A DNA stretch of 64,000 nt, taken from NCBI RefSeq assembly GCF_000002075.1, contig NW_004797272.1, positions 4,313,839 to 4,377,838 on the forward strand. The letters run 5' to 3'. Positions within the stretch are counted from its first letter, which is position 1. Every line of letters begins with the position of its first letter. The translations under genes and the position numbers were made by a program. A model generated the notes under the pieces. That model made no database searches. It had not been told where the DNA came from and saw only the letters and a program-made list of their open reading frames with translations. Shown one piece after another: positions 41,179-52,959 of the stretch. This DNA comes from Aplysia californica. Taxonomy: Eukaryota.

Positions 41179-42219
41179 TACCAACTTGGGGTGTTTTGAA
41201 TGAGACTCATGCCTCGATTACAAAACAATGCAGGCCGTTCTAGAAGAAGGCCACAAACGCTCACAAACTCAAGCAGACTGATGCACACTCACTTGACCTG
41301 CATGAATGGGGATCCGACTCGGGACCCGAATTTCTCGTTAGATGTGTATGGTTATTTGTTATATGAGATTAGTTCATGTTCTCTGTACGTTATGTGGTGT
41401 ACCCCATATTATTTCATGTTATGTTGTACCTGTATCATTCATTGTCCCTGTTAATCCGTGTTCACAGATGAAATCATCATCTACCGTTTATAATAAATGA
41501 ACTACACTGAAAAGTCTTTCTTCAAGATGGTGCGCGTGCGCAGAGCCAGGGGCTACACTGATTCGGGACCAGAACATAGGCGAGGTGCCGAAATCTAATA
41601 GGCTTATCGGGCGACATAAACCCAGCTCCCGCAGGATGAGGGTTAAAGGTACAGTCGAGTGAGGGGTGGGGATGAAGGCAACACCGGATGACAAAAACTG
41701 AACTTGGAGTTCTGGACTGCCCTGCAGGTACTGTGTACGTGACACTGAGACTACATGCCCGGTTGCCGGTTACCGTGTACATGACAGAGACTACGTTCCC
41801 TCTCTATGATAGTGAGGTGCTCGCTGTAGGATATTACAGTGTAGGCTGTAGCTTCATAATGTTTACTTTCTCACGTTTAATTCCGTAACGAGCGACCACT
41901 CTGAACTCTATGAATATTATACTCAATGGCTATCAAAATCAGTACTGAAGGGGGGTAAAGCTGTGATCTTGTAGTTCCGTTCGTTAAAGTGTAAAGTCCT
42001 CGATCCATTTGTTTACATCCAGAGAAGAAATCCACAAGTCTTGAATACCAATAGGCGACACAAAGAACAGGGATGCAACCTAACTGCAAAACATCAAATT
42101 ATGGTAAAATTATAAGTTTAACACTTACTTTGATGCACGCAAGAATATCATTTTCGCTTGTGCAAAATTCAACAAATGCACTCAGTTACCGTGAGAGAGT
42201 GTCGATATATTCATCCAAG

Positions 42220-42940
42220 ACTTGCACAGGCTCGCAGATGACTGCAGCTATGGGGCCCTCAAAGATGAGCTCATAAGAGACAGAATAGTTGTCTGACTGA
42301 GTAAGTGCACAGGCTCGCAGATGACTGCAGCTATGGGGCCCTCAAAGATGAGCTCATAAGAGACAGAATAGTTGTCTGACTGAGTAAGAGACGATGACCT
42401 GTCCAAACAGCTCCAATTGAATTGAAGCTCAAACAAATAAACCGACAAGCTGAAGCTCGCAATGAAAGCCAGACACTCGTACGAACTCGAGTTGAGCTAG
42501 TAACAACAAAACCACACAACATGCGTAGAGTGTCGAGTGCTTCAAGGCCTCCACACAAACCACACACTCAACACACAGGTGTGGATACTGTGGCCGCCTC
42601 CCTAGCCACAAACGAGACGCCTGTCTTGCCAAGTCTGCAGTCTGTGGTTCCTGTGGCAAGAGAGGCCACTATAAAGCTGTTTGCCGTAGTCACCCCAAAG
42701 TTCAGGAAGTCGCAGTCAACTCCTACCACGTAGCTGAGATCCCAGACTTTTTAGGTTCCATTACTGTGAACAAAGTCAACAGCCCAGATTGGTGGTCTGC
42801 TATCATCAAGTTGAATTCCATCCCAACAAAATTCAAGCTTGATACTGGTGCTGTGGTTTCTGTCATCGGAGACAGAAGTGTGGACTCAAGACTCAAGTCA
42901 ACCTCTCAATAGCTGCAGCAAAATTCTAAAAGGCCCTCTT
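42220..42940 (+). mobile_element. Degenerate Gypsy gag-protease fragment
   Basis: LADDCSYGALKDELIRDRIVV, zinc knuckle CGSCGKRGHYKAVC, protease FKLDTGAVVSVI; stops and frameshifts; exact 83-bp tandem duplication 42223-42388. Confidence 0.85.
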
Positions 42941-44011
42941 GACACAACTTATTTTCATGGCGTCACATTTTTAAAAAACAAAAGACAAGGACACGGCAAA
43001 ATTGCCGCAGTTGACCCTAGGCAAATTGCCATGGTGTCAGGGTCTATTTCAAGCCCTGTAATTAGGCCTAGTGTGATATAGTTCCTTATAATTATAAACC
43101 ATCAAATATTTTTTTTACTCTTAATTTGCGACGGAAATAAAGTCAATGTTCGTGTTCAGCGCATGATATAAATGTATGAAGAAAATGAACACATAGTTGC
43201 TAAGTATGAAATGAGATGGAAAGTAAAAGAATACCGAAACTATGCAGTTTGCCAAGTTTAAACATTACCACACAGTGCTCATAGTTGTGGTATCTTCCAA
43301 GCCTTATGGAAGACGGCTCAACTAATGAAAATCTAGTCTTGTAAATTTTGGGTTTAGTCGGTTTTACATTAAAATTAGGCTAAAATGATCAGATAGACTT
43401 GAATAGAATAAAAAGCCATCATTGTATTGTCAGGGTCTAAAGAGACTCGGACCTTGCTTCACATTTGCGGACTCACTAGATCTGCTTTAACTTTAGCGTT
43501 AAGTTTTAGGTTATTTTGCACTTAAGGCTACCGGTAACATATAAGCCTGTCAATTGTGCCAGTGTTAACTTGACTTACTTAAACTTAATACACTTGGATT
43601 ACCTGGAGATTCATAAAGTACAGGTCTGAAGGTATGTTATGAAGCATCTTTGTGATGAAAAATGAGAGGCCGGTGACCATGCCATTAAGTCTAGTGATTT
43701 CAGCATCCAAGCCCTCTAGAAATTTTGCAGGGGGCTTGAAATAGAATTGTTGTGATATGGATGCACTTTCAGACATAAGTTTCAGTTTCATGTGAATATG
43801 TCAGGTAAGTTAGCTAGTTTTGAATTAAGGTTATCTCTATCTGAAACAGGAGAAATACAATTGGCAAGACACCATGAGAAAGGAATAGAGTCTGAGCTTG
43901 TTTTTAGTGAGCTACTGTAGCTGTAACGAACTACGCCCTTTTTAGTACATTATTACACCAGTGGACACAACAGTTCAAGTTGTGTCTCCTTTTGTGTCAT
44001 GATGCGATAGA

Positions 44012-44271
44012 CTGCCGTAAGCTGACAAAACGCCCTTTTTTTTTTCATTTTTGCGCCAGTTTTTTAAATATATTTGCTAAATCGAAGACCTGATCAGTTA
44101 CCCTTCTATTGGTATGAAAAAAAATCTTATTTAAACTGTGACTAATTTTGAAATGAATTATAATTCAAATTTTGGAAGCAAGCCTTTTATAAATGGTTAC
44201 ACTGACAAAAAGCCTCTGTATCCCGAAACTGCTGCGAATTTTTAAAAAGTTTTTTTCACAGCTTACGGCAG
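44012..44271. mobile_element. MITE (TIR CTGCCGTAAGCTG / CAGCTTACGGCAG)
   Basis: 13-bp perfect TIR; internal similarity to 18851-19297. Confidence 0.8.
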
Positions 44272-44880
44272 TAGAGTAAGGATTTCGTCGTCAATTTTTC
44301 TATATCTTTCCATAAACTTGTCCATTTGCCTGGCAATTGATGGAGAAAAAAATACCCTTCTATCTTTAATAGAAGTCTAGATATTTTGTGTTGAAGATGG
44401 GGGTCACGGGGTGTCAGTGCCTTTTGATTTCATGTTTTTCAATAAAGTCCATGCAGGAATGTGTTTTTAAGTGGACCTCCAAGGTGTTGAGACCAAAACG
44501 AAAATAAAATCAATAAAAATGGCCAAACAATCAGAAAATGGTTTGTTGTTGTTTTTTTCAATTTAATCATTTTGACAAGTGTTTGATTTCACCACGATAC
44601 CCTACATTTAATTTTTGACGTCAGTCAGGTTTTCCTTCGTGCAGTGGCAAAGGCTACCATTTTAATTTGGCACAACTTTAACTTAATCTCTTCCTTGGAG
44701 TTAACTTTTGTCTGGAAGAGAAAAAAGAATAGTGGAAATTGAAATTTATAAAATAAAGCGTGTTTTTTAAAGGTGGATACATTTGATATGAGGTCTTACT
44801 TTTAAGTACTTGCACACACAAAGATCAAAATAAGTGAAGTAAGACAAAAGTAATGGAAACTCCTTGGCTTAGAGAACAGT

Positions 44881-45085
44881 ATTCATCATCATCCTTCCCA
44901 CAGCACTGTGGAGTATAGGCCATCAACAAGAGCTCTTCATCTCTTCCATTGTGGGCTACATTGTACACCTCTGCCCAGTAGTTTTAGGCCTTCACCTTCT
45001 CTTTCCTTGTAGATTCCATCTTGAAAAGCTTGGTGGGTAAAGCTGTTTTCTTAAGGTTTGTTAAATCCACTTCCAGTTTCTCCTC
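44881..45085 (-). mobile_element. RTE-type LINE 3' end remnant
   Basis: Minus strand ...TTGATGGCCTATACTCCAC...GATGATGATGAAT, a typical RTE tail. Confidence 0.5.
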
Positions 45086-45560
45086 TATTAATTTTTATAC
45101 ATTCAAATTTGCTCTCTAAATAACGACCACCAGTCCAAAACAATAATCTCTGTACTAACAATCACTTCCCACTTCCCCCAAAGCGTTTTTCAACATTATG
45201 ATAAACCGTCTTGTACTATGTCCAAGACAATCCCTTTTTTTCCTGACAATGGATGAATTAATGTTGCTTCTCTGTCGTCACCATTATTATTATGTACTCC
45301 AACAGCTAAAACGTTCAAAATCTTGTGCCCGAAGGGAATACATCGTAATGGGGTTTTGCTGTTGTAGGTTTATTACATTATATCATTATAATGGGCATCC
45401 CATTTTGTACACTGGAAAAACTGGGCAGTATAACGGGGGGGGGGGTATATGGGATTGGACTGTAGCAGTAGAACAATTCATGTATGTCCTGGGTGTATTT
45501 TTCATATGTACTCATTCTTTTTCCTTTTTTTTTTCAGCCCTTTCAGTTGCTGACACAACA

Positions 45561-46181
45561 ATGGCATCATTCTGCCCAGTTTTTGTCGACAAATATGATC
45601 CACTGAAAGCAGGAAGTATTGATGGCACAGATGAATACCCTCATGATAAAGGTGTGGTTAGGGCACTGAATGCAGTTTATAAGCCCAACAGATTTGTGAA
45701 AGGAGCCCCGGAATGTACTGTTTTTGTTGGTCGCCTGAACCCAAACACTGTTGAAGAAACCATAGAAGATTCTCTTAAGGACTTCGGAAAAATTCTAAGT
45801 GTCAGAATTGTTCGGGACATTGTCACTGGTTTTTCAAAGTGTTACGGATTTGTGGAGTTTTCTGATCCTTACGAGGCTAGAGATGCCTGTAAGAATGGAA
45901 ATAAAATTGTCATTGATGATCATGAGATTTTGGTAGATTCAGAAAAGGAAAGAACTCTTAAAGGATGGATTCCACGACGATTAGGAGGTGGCATCGGAGG
46001 AAAAAGGGAGTCTGGTCAACTGAGATTTGGTGGTAAAGATAGGCCTTTCAAAAAACCAATACAGACTTTGCACCAAGCCCAGGATTACAAAGACTTTGGT
46101 TTCAAGGATTATTCAAGGAATTCAAGGAGAGACAAAGGCAGAGATGATTATCAGAATCGAAATAGAGATCGTTATAGGTGA
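45561..46181 (+). CDS. SNRNP35: U11/U12 small nuclear ribonucleoprotein 35 kDa protein (206 aa, single coding exon)
   Basis: YDPLKAGSIDGTD motif, RRM (TVFVGRL...RDIVTGFSKCYGFVEF), ERTLKGWIPRRLGGGIGGKRESGQLRFGGKDRPF, R/D-rich tail; polypyrimidine tract with AG acceptors at 45537 and 45546 just upstream of the ATG. Confidence 0.95.
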   Translation: MASFCPVFVDKYDPLKAGSIDGTDEYPHDKGVVRALNAVYKPNRFVKGAPECTVFVGRLNPNTVEETIEDSLKDFGKILSVRIVRDIVTGFSKCYGFVEFSDPYEARDACKNGNKIVIDDHEILVDSEKERTLKGWIPRRLGGGIGGKRESGQLRFGGKDRPFKKPIQTLHQAQDYKDFGFKDYSRNSRRDKGRDDYQNRNRDRYR

Positions 46182-48099
46182 CCAAAAACAATGTTAAATA
46201 CATTGTAAGTCCTGACTGTCGGGGCAGAGATTGCATCAGTCTCTCCTCCACCTTCCATCAATTTGGTGTTTTGAAGGACTGGTTCCATTTCAGTTGCTTT
46301 CTTTTTTAAAGCGACGTGATTGTTTTGTTAACATCAATTCTAGTTCTAGCATGAGAGCATTATGTGGATTAGCCGATCCACAAACATCACTCGCCGCACC
46401 ACTCAAAGTTACAGATTGCCCATCCTTAACGCGGATGTAAAAGAACTGCTTTAAAAAAGTGTTATTTAGAACAGCTACATTGGCCCCCAGAACATCTGAA
46501 GGCAGTCCATGAGCAGTCAGTAAATCCTATTTTTTTGGTACAAAGAACAAGAACAATAATAGGGGGGAAATGTGCATTATGCAACTCGTTCTTTTCCTCA
46601 ACAACTGCTATAATTACTACTAAGGACTTGAATCTATGGCAAAGGGGAAACACTTATAAATATTTTCAGTGGTCAAATTGTATACATTTTGTATCTACAT
46701 CATACGACGTACCGGTACTCTAAGGCTCTATGTAAGGTATCGAATAAGCGTAAAATTTAGTTGTTAGTAGATCTTGTTAGTACATGTAGTTATAAGTGGT
46801 TTGTAGTTTTTTAAAAAAAGAAAACAAAAAATTTTTTTTTAAAATAGGACCCTTTTAGGGCCGCACCCGTTGTCACCTCTTAATTAAACACGAGATTTAG
46901 GTGCAGCTATAATTGGCCACACGAAGGTTCTTGCCATCAATGGGGGGAATGGAAACTTACTGCGGCCATGCATGGGTGCACAAAGTAATGGTTATGTTAA
47001 ACAAAACCAAGCAAAACAGGGTTAGTTTAAAGCATCTAAAACTGCCTAAGTAGCGTTTTAACACAAAAATGCTCAGTAAAATCCAAGCTGGCATATACTT
47101 ACCGAAAATGGGAAAGCGAAAATTCAGGGTGGTCAAAATCAAAGTTGAGGCTTTGCCCACGGGAAGAAAGAGAAAGTCACTTGATTGCAACTTTTAATCA
47201 ACTCAATGTTTATAATACAGGGAATCGCCGCCGTATTAAAGGGGAAAAGGTTACAGAGAGGTGAGACAAGAGCCGTGGCCGCACCAGTAAGTCTCTACTC
47301 TAGTCCTGCAATAGGGTGAATCTCTACTAAACAATCAAGCGTGAGGAGCCAATTGAGAAGGAAGCTGGATTCCTCACCACTTATTGTCTTAGTAGCCTTT
47401 GGGTTTGACTTTTCAGTCCCCATAGTCTCTTCCTCGGTTGGCTTGTCCCCACCACGGACCACAGAGCAGCCAAGCACCAACCGTTCTTTCCGATATGCCG
47501 AAGGTAGAGCAAAACATATGCTATGCCTGCACACTTGCAACTTTCTCCCTGCTGGAAATTGTAGGAAATATTCTATGGGATTACCCCTTCTACTCTACTC
47601 ACTTTTTACAATTTTCTTTACAACAACCTTTCAATTATCCTTGCTTGTAACATGTCTTCCATCGCTTTCTCTACTATTAGTACTATCTCCCTATTCTTGA
47701 GTGGCGTGTGGTATGGTTTGAGTCTGATTGGGGGGGCTATCACCTGTGTCTTGGAGAAGGCGAATTATATGTCCTTGTTTCTTCGTACCAGCTCTCTTAC
47801 CCATCCTAATTCTATGTTCTGAAAGACAATGCAAGTCGGTCTCTAGTCCATCTTCAAACTGATCGCTCCTTTTAGACTCTTATAGTCTACCACATTTTCA
47901 CTTATCACCCTTTCTATCCTGCCAATTGCACAGCTTCTTTGTAACCTTTAAATAGTTTTGTTTATGTTGTTTGCTATCATAACTGACACATATCGTTCTT
48001 CGTTATCTTAGGCAGTTTGACTACTGCTGCACCCAGTAAATCCCAGGAGTGTTGCTAATTAAACCTTGGTAAGGGGGAAGTATTTGTAAGACATTAGAT

Positions 48100-48630
48100 C
48101 TATCTGGTTCCAAATATAATGGTTGTACCCTTATTTGTGCAGTTACCATTGGTGGTGTGTGGTTTAAGCACATCGTGTCGGAGTCTTAACAAGGATGCAA
48201 TGTGAACATCTTCCTCCGAATCTACGCAGGTACCTTTAACCTGTAACTTTTTACGGTCAAAATACAGCCTCGCGCCGTTGTCCACGAACCAGTCTCATCT
48301 GAAGATTACATTTCTATTCATCTCCTCAACAACATAGAAAGAGTGGGTCGTTTTTACACCACCTATGGAGAAAAAAATATCTGCACGTCCGTCAACTTTC
48401 AATAAATTTCCGCCCACTGACTGTAAATTTACTCTTTTTCTTCAGTAAACCTTTGTTACAAAGTGGATCAAATGTCTTCCTCTTTATCAAACTTACTTCT
48501 GCCCCTGAATCAACTAAGGCTCTTAAGTTTCTGCCTCGAGAAGTTGAGAAACTGGAATTTGGGGAACCTGCAACATTTGTCCGATATGTTACTGGATTGT
48601 TCAGTGGGCCACCCTCGTATTTCCTGTTCT
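48100..48630 (-). mobile_element. Gypsy aspartic protease region, degenerate
   Basis: LRALVDSGAEVSLIKRKTF followed by THSFYVVEEMNRNVI..DWF in a shifted frame. Confidence 0.75.
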
Positions 48631-49090
48631 TTCTGGGAAGGCAGCCGGGTAGTTTCTTGACCTCTTTCACCTCATAGTGGTCTGCAACTGACTGCTTCAG
48701 TGATTTCCATTGTTCTCCAAGGCTTTGCGATTCTGTTCGCAGCCCTTCAGCGGTGACGCTGTCGTCAAATCTCAGTAAATACTTTTTCAGCTCTTCCATA
48801 GCCTCTGATGGGACTTCACCAAAGTTTCTTGGATGAAGAAGGAACAGGTCAGCAAACAATCTAGGCACTGCAGATCCTTTTAAATCTTTATTCAGTGCTG
48901 TTAACAAGGGTGTCTACAATTAATTTGTACACTTCAACACGATATTTCTTCATTGGGTCAGCTGTTGATGTAGCTTCGTCTGTACAGAATTCATCATCCA
49001 TTCGTCTGCGTCGTCTTTGCCATTTCAAGGGAAGCGACTCTTCCACGAACGAATGTGTTCTCTCCTCATAGCTAATAACAGCTCGCGACC
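48630..49090 (-). mobile_element. hAT (Tip100/ZMYM1-like) transposase fragment
   Basis: LPLKWQRRRRRMDDE...DPMKKYRVEVYKLIVDTLVNSTE*RF then LFADLFLLHPRNF. Confidence 0.7.
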
Positions 49091-49344
49091 AAAAACATCA
49101 AGCAAGTTTTGTAGCCATTCAGTTGTGTAGATATATATTACACGCTGACACTGGTGGCATTTCTGACTACAAAAGAAAGGCTAAGGTAAACTTTAATTGA
49201 AAATGAGAATTACTTTAATCAAATGGAATTGCCTCATACGGTACACCTCGGTCATTGGAGGAGGCTGTTGAGTCTGCTCATATATCATTCTGTGGATGAT
49301 GACAGTATTCCTAGACAACACGTTCCTAATTCAGCCTTATCATA

Positions 49345-50307
49345 CGAGGGCTGTCCCATGGAAAACCGGAATTTGGCTGTAATTTGAAAACTATTCAATA
49401 TTTTCACATTCTGTAAACGCACACTTGTAAAACAATCATTTAGAAATTTCCTGATTGAGCACCATGAGCATCGCACAAACCAAACGAGCACAACAGTTCT
49501 CAAAAGATGGCTACCCCCTTGGAAAATTGGTCAAGGGTAGAAATGAGGTCTGTCATTCGGTTTCTGACCGCAAAAGGTCTCAAATCTCTAGAAATACACA
49601 CTGAAATAAAGTCAGTTTATGGGGAGAAAGTAATGGCAAAGTCACAGGTATATGAGTGATGTAGTAAGTTCAAAGCCGGGCACTTCGATATCAATGACAA
49701 AGTTTACCCAGGATCTTGTTTTTCTGCCAAGACTGAGGATAACAAGAGTCGCGTTAACGAACTTATTCAAACAGGCAGGCGACTAAAAATTCGCGAAATT
49801 TGCGAGTCGCTAAACATTTCAAAGTCGACTGTCTATAGGATAGAGTTTGATGAGCTGCACTATTGGAAGGTCTCTGCTTGATGGTTTGGGGCCGAAAAAG
49901 ACCAGCGGGGTCATTTTGCAGCATGGCAACACAACGCAACACACCGCAAACTGGTTCCAAAGGTTCGGCTAGGAAGTTCTACTACACCCCCCTCACAGTC
50001 CTGACTTGGCCTTGTCAGATTATCACCTTTTTGAACCAATGAAACGCCATATTTCTGGACAACGATTCACCGACGACGAAGACCTCGTGGAAGCCGTGTA
50101 CGATTGGTTGAAATCCCTTGACAAAAGATTCTTCAGGGAGGGTATCTTCTCCCAGATCCAGCGATGGGAAAAATGTGTTCAGCAGGATGGTGATTACATT
50201 GAGAAATAAAGCACATGTTGAGGTGTGATGTGTTACAGTTTTATTATAATAGGACAAAGATTTTTGCTTTTACGGACCTTTTCCGGTTTTCCGTGGGACA
50301 GCCCTCG
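49345..50307 (+). mobile_element. Internally deleted mariner transposon
   Basis: TA TSD; 27-bp TIR CGAGGGCTGTCCCAYGGAAAACCGGAA (1 mismatch); transposase from ATG 49507 (EMRSVIRFL...) to HPPHSPDLALSDYHLF...RWEKCVQQDGDYIEK stop 50209; stops, frameshifts and a deleted core. Confidence 0.95.
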
Positions 50308-51131
50308 TACATTACGTACGAGATCAGCTTCTGAGCATGAACTCTGTGGTGAACTCTTTGATCACAGGGCATACTTCTCAGCTTATGACCAATGGTCTAC
50401 GAAAATATGTGTCAAATTCATCCTCCATGTGCATAATTTCTTATTATTCTTCTTTATCATTCTTTGTTAAAATTAACAGAATCGCATAATTTCACATTTT
50501 TGGGCTCAGTTTGCATAATTTCAGAATTTTTCTTGCATAAAACGACGGGGACAGCCCCATTTATTAATTTAGTAACCCTAACCAAGAAAGATGGATGGTG
50601 CTTTACAGTACATGGGACAAAATCCATGGCTGCTTGCCTGCCTACCCAAAAACCAAACCCTTTAGTGACTTTATGTCCATTTGTTCGCCTTTTATTCTTC
50701 TGATAAATCTAGAGGGAAAATTGCAAGATTTCAAGTGCCCCAAACTCTTACCATGCCTGTTTGTTCAATTCTTACGTTCACTCAAGAGTTAAAGGTAAAA
50801 TTACACTTTTTCTGTTTGTTTATCCCTACACACTTCAATTATTTTTTTGTCAGCAGCTGTTTTTATTTTATATTTAGAACATACCTGTAAATGGCCAATC
50901 AAAAAATTGTCTGAACTCATCGACGTGAATATCATAAAACGCAAAAACTGCCAAAAGACACAATGTGCGAATACAGTTGATAAAAGTAACACATATAGTG
51001 ACACATACTGGTAATAACAGTAATATAAGAAAAAAAATGCCTGAAAATAAAAATTAAATTAAATTAACTCACCCAAAATAAATCTACTTTATACAGTACA
51101 GGTAATGATGGGGGGGTTGTGGGGCTTGCTT

Positions 51132-52530
51132 TTAAGCAATGTTCTTAGACTTGGATGGTGGTTCATCCTGCCTCTTCTTCAATCTGGATGCTGCTGTTTG
51201 AAGATGGTAAGCTAATGAAGTGTCTACAGGAGAAGTAACAGCATCTGATCTCCTGTAGAGCTGCAAGGTGGATGTGTTGCTGGCCAGAAGCTGATATTTG
51301 ATGAACATATGTGCCTCGTAAGTGGATATTAGCAATGATGAAGCATTTTCTGAAATGATACCATTCATCATGCTGAAGGATTGCTCTACCCTAGGCCCAG
51401 TGAAAATTGAGAGGCAAGCTCCAACAATTTTATTTACAGACTGATATCTGTTGAGCTTGAATACTTTATTCCGCCATATGTCCAGCTGGCAGTCACTGGG
51501 TGAAATGTCCAGGTCAGACTGCATGCTCATTATTTCATTATGAAAATTTGGAGCATGAAGAGATGGCAGGAAACTTGGCAGCTTTCTCAGGATAATGGCT
51601 GTGCCTGCATTGCCAAATGCCTTGGGGTCTAACAGGGAGAAAGTTCTGAGTACAGAATTCCTCAGCAGCGGTTTCTGTTGCATGTAACTTGTAACTGCCT
51701 GTTTTCAAATAGGCTTCACTAAGGAGGCTTCTGAAATTCTCCCTATCACTTGTTGGCAGTTTGCAAACCAGGTTTCTTTCCCCATGGTACACATGTTTGG
51801 ATGGGAAGAGAATGTTGCTGTCGTTCATGTTGAGGTCAGCAAAGTCTTTTCCTGCTTCCCTAATAATGAACTCTGGCTTCACAAAAAACTCTAAAAACCT
51901 TCTGAAAATACTGACCAATCCATCATGAAGGAGATGAAGCTGGGGTGTCTTCTTTTCAAAGTTCAGAATAAACCTCTTAAAGAAAGGCAACACAGAAATT
52001 AAGATGTCAATGAGAAAGTTTGTTTTGTCCTTCAGGTCAAAGTTTCTTACATACTCTCCTCTTCCTGGCTTTCCACTGTTCAGTCATTTTCTTAGACTTC
52101 ACATTCAACAATTTCTTGGAAATTTCTTTTCTACTGCCTTCAGCCACATTTCTTTGTTGAAAAATTGCATAAATATCACTTTGAAATAAATGTTTGTCAC
52201 CAACAGGCAAAAATGAAAAATAAAAAATTGTAAGGGAATCCTTTAAGAATAGAAAATGTTCGCAACGGTCCAGAATGTTTAACCACCTATGTCCAATCCT
52301 TTGCTTTGGCAAAAGGTCTTTGATGTTTAAAAGAGAACAAATTGGAGAGAAATGTTCCCTCCTTGAGATCTGCACAGAACTCAAAATCACTAAACACATC
52401 ATCCAATAAAAAAGGAATGAAATTCTCCACATCAACAGAAGATGTAAATAGTTTTGAAATAATAGAAGTCTCTAAGATAGCCTACATGATGAGCTGTGCT
52501 GTCACTACACATGTATCAGCAGCATGACGA
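51132..52530 (-). mobile_element. hAT-like transposase pseudogene
   Basis: Three frameshifted ORFs; QRIGHRWLN (RW motif), FEKKTPQLHLLH, and C-terminal dimerisation-like CLSIFTGPRVEQSFSMMNGII. Confidence 0.75.
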
Positions 52531-52890
52531 CAATCCCAAAATTAAATCTTGTTAATCTTTTACTTTTATTGTATCCAATTGTTTGTAACTTGTACTAGTA
52601 CTATGTTGTTACACGTTTTTTTTTTCAGTTAGAATGGAATGATTGGGAGTCACTTTTTTGGGGTCTTAGTCTTCCATCTTTTTAAAATTTTAATGTTGGT
52701 CATTATTCATGGTACCGGTACTTGAGCTGTGCTGTCACTTCACACTTCACATGTATCAGTAGCATGACATTGCCCAAATAAAATTTTATTCGTCTTTTAT
52801 CCAATTGTTATTGGAACTTTTTTTTACACACGTTTTTCTGGATAATTCCCATTAGAATACAGTAACTGGGAGTTACTTTTTGTGTCTTAC
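52489..52890. repeat. Imperfect ~234-bp tandem duplication
   Basis: TGAGCTGTGCTGTCACT...CACATGTATCAG at ~52489 and ~52722 with colinear downstream similarity. Confidence 0.7.
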
Positions 52891-52959
52891 GTTAAGCCGT
52901 ATGACAATAGATCTATACTGTACTGTAAGTCTCCTGTCTGTGGGATACCCATTGGAAAA

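Larger units (their letters stand above)
37870..41900. mobile_element. Large composite TIR element (outer shell of a nested cluster)
   Basis: 20-bp perfect inverted repeat AGTGGTCGCTCGTTACGGAA (37870) / TTCCGTAACGAGCGACCACT (41881); subterminal TACACGGTAACC repeats forward at left and reversed at right; no clear TSD. Confidence 0.55.

Noticed and set aside
45198-45560. 121-aa N-terminal extension of SNRNP35 in the ORF track
   Set aside because: It reads through intron-like sequence, including a poly-G run and the polypyrimidine tract; homology starts at the ATG at 45561
46728-47651. Possible LTR (TGT...ACA) next to the minus-strand Gypsy fragment
   Set aside because: No second LTR, clear PBS, PPT or TSD could be identified
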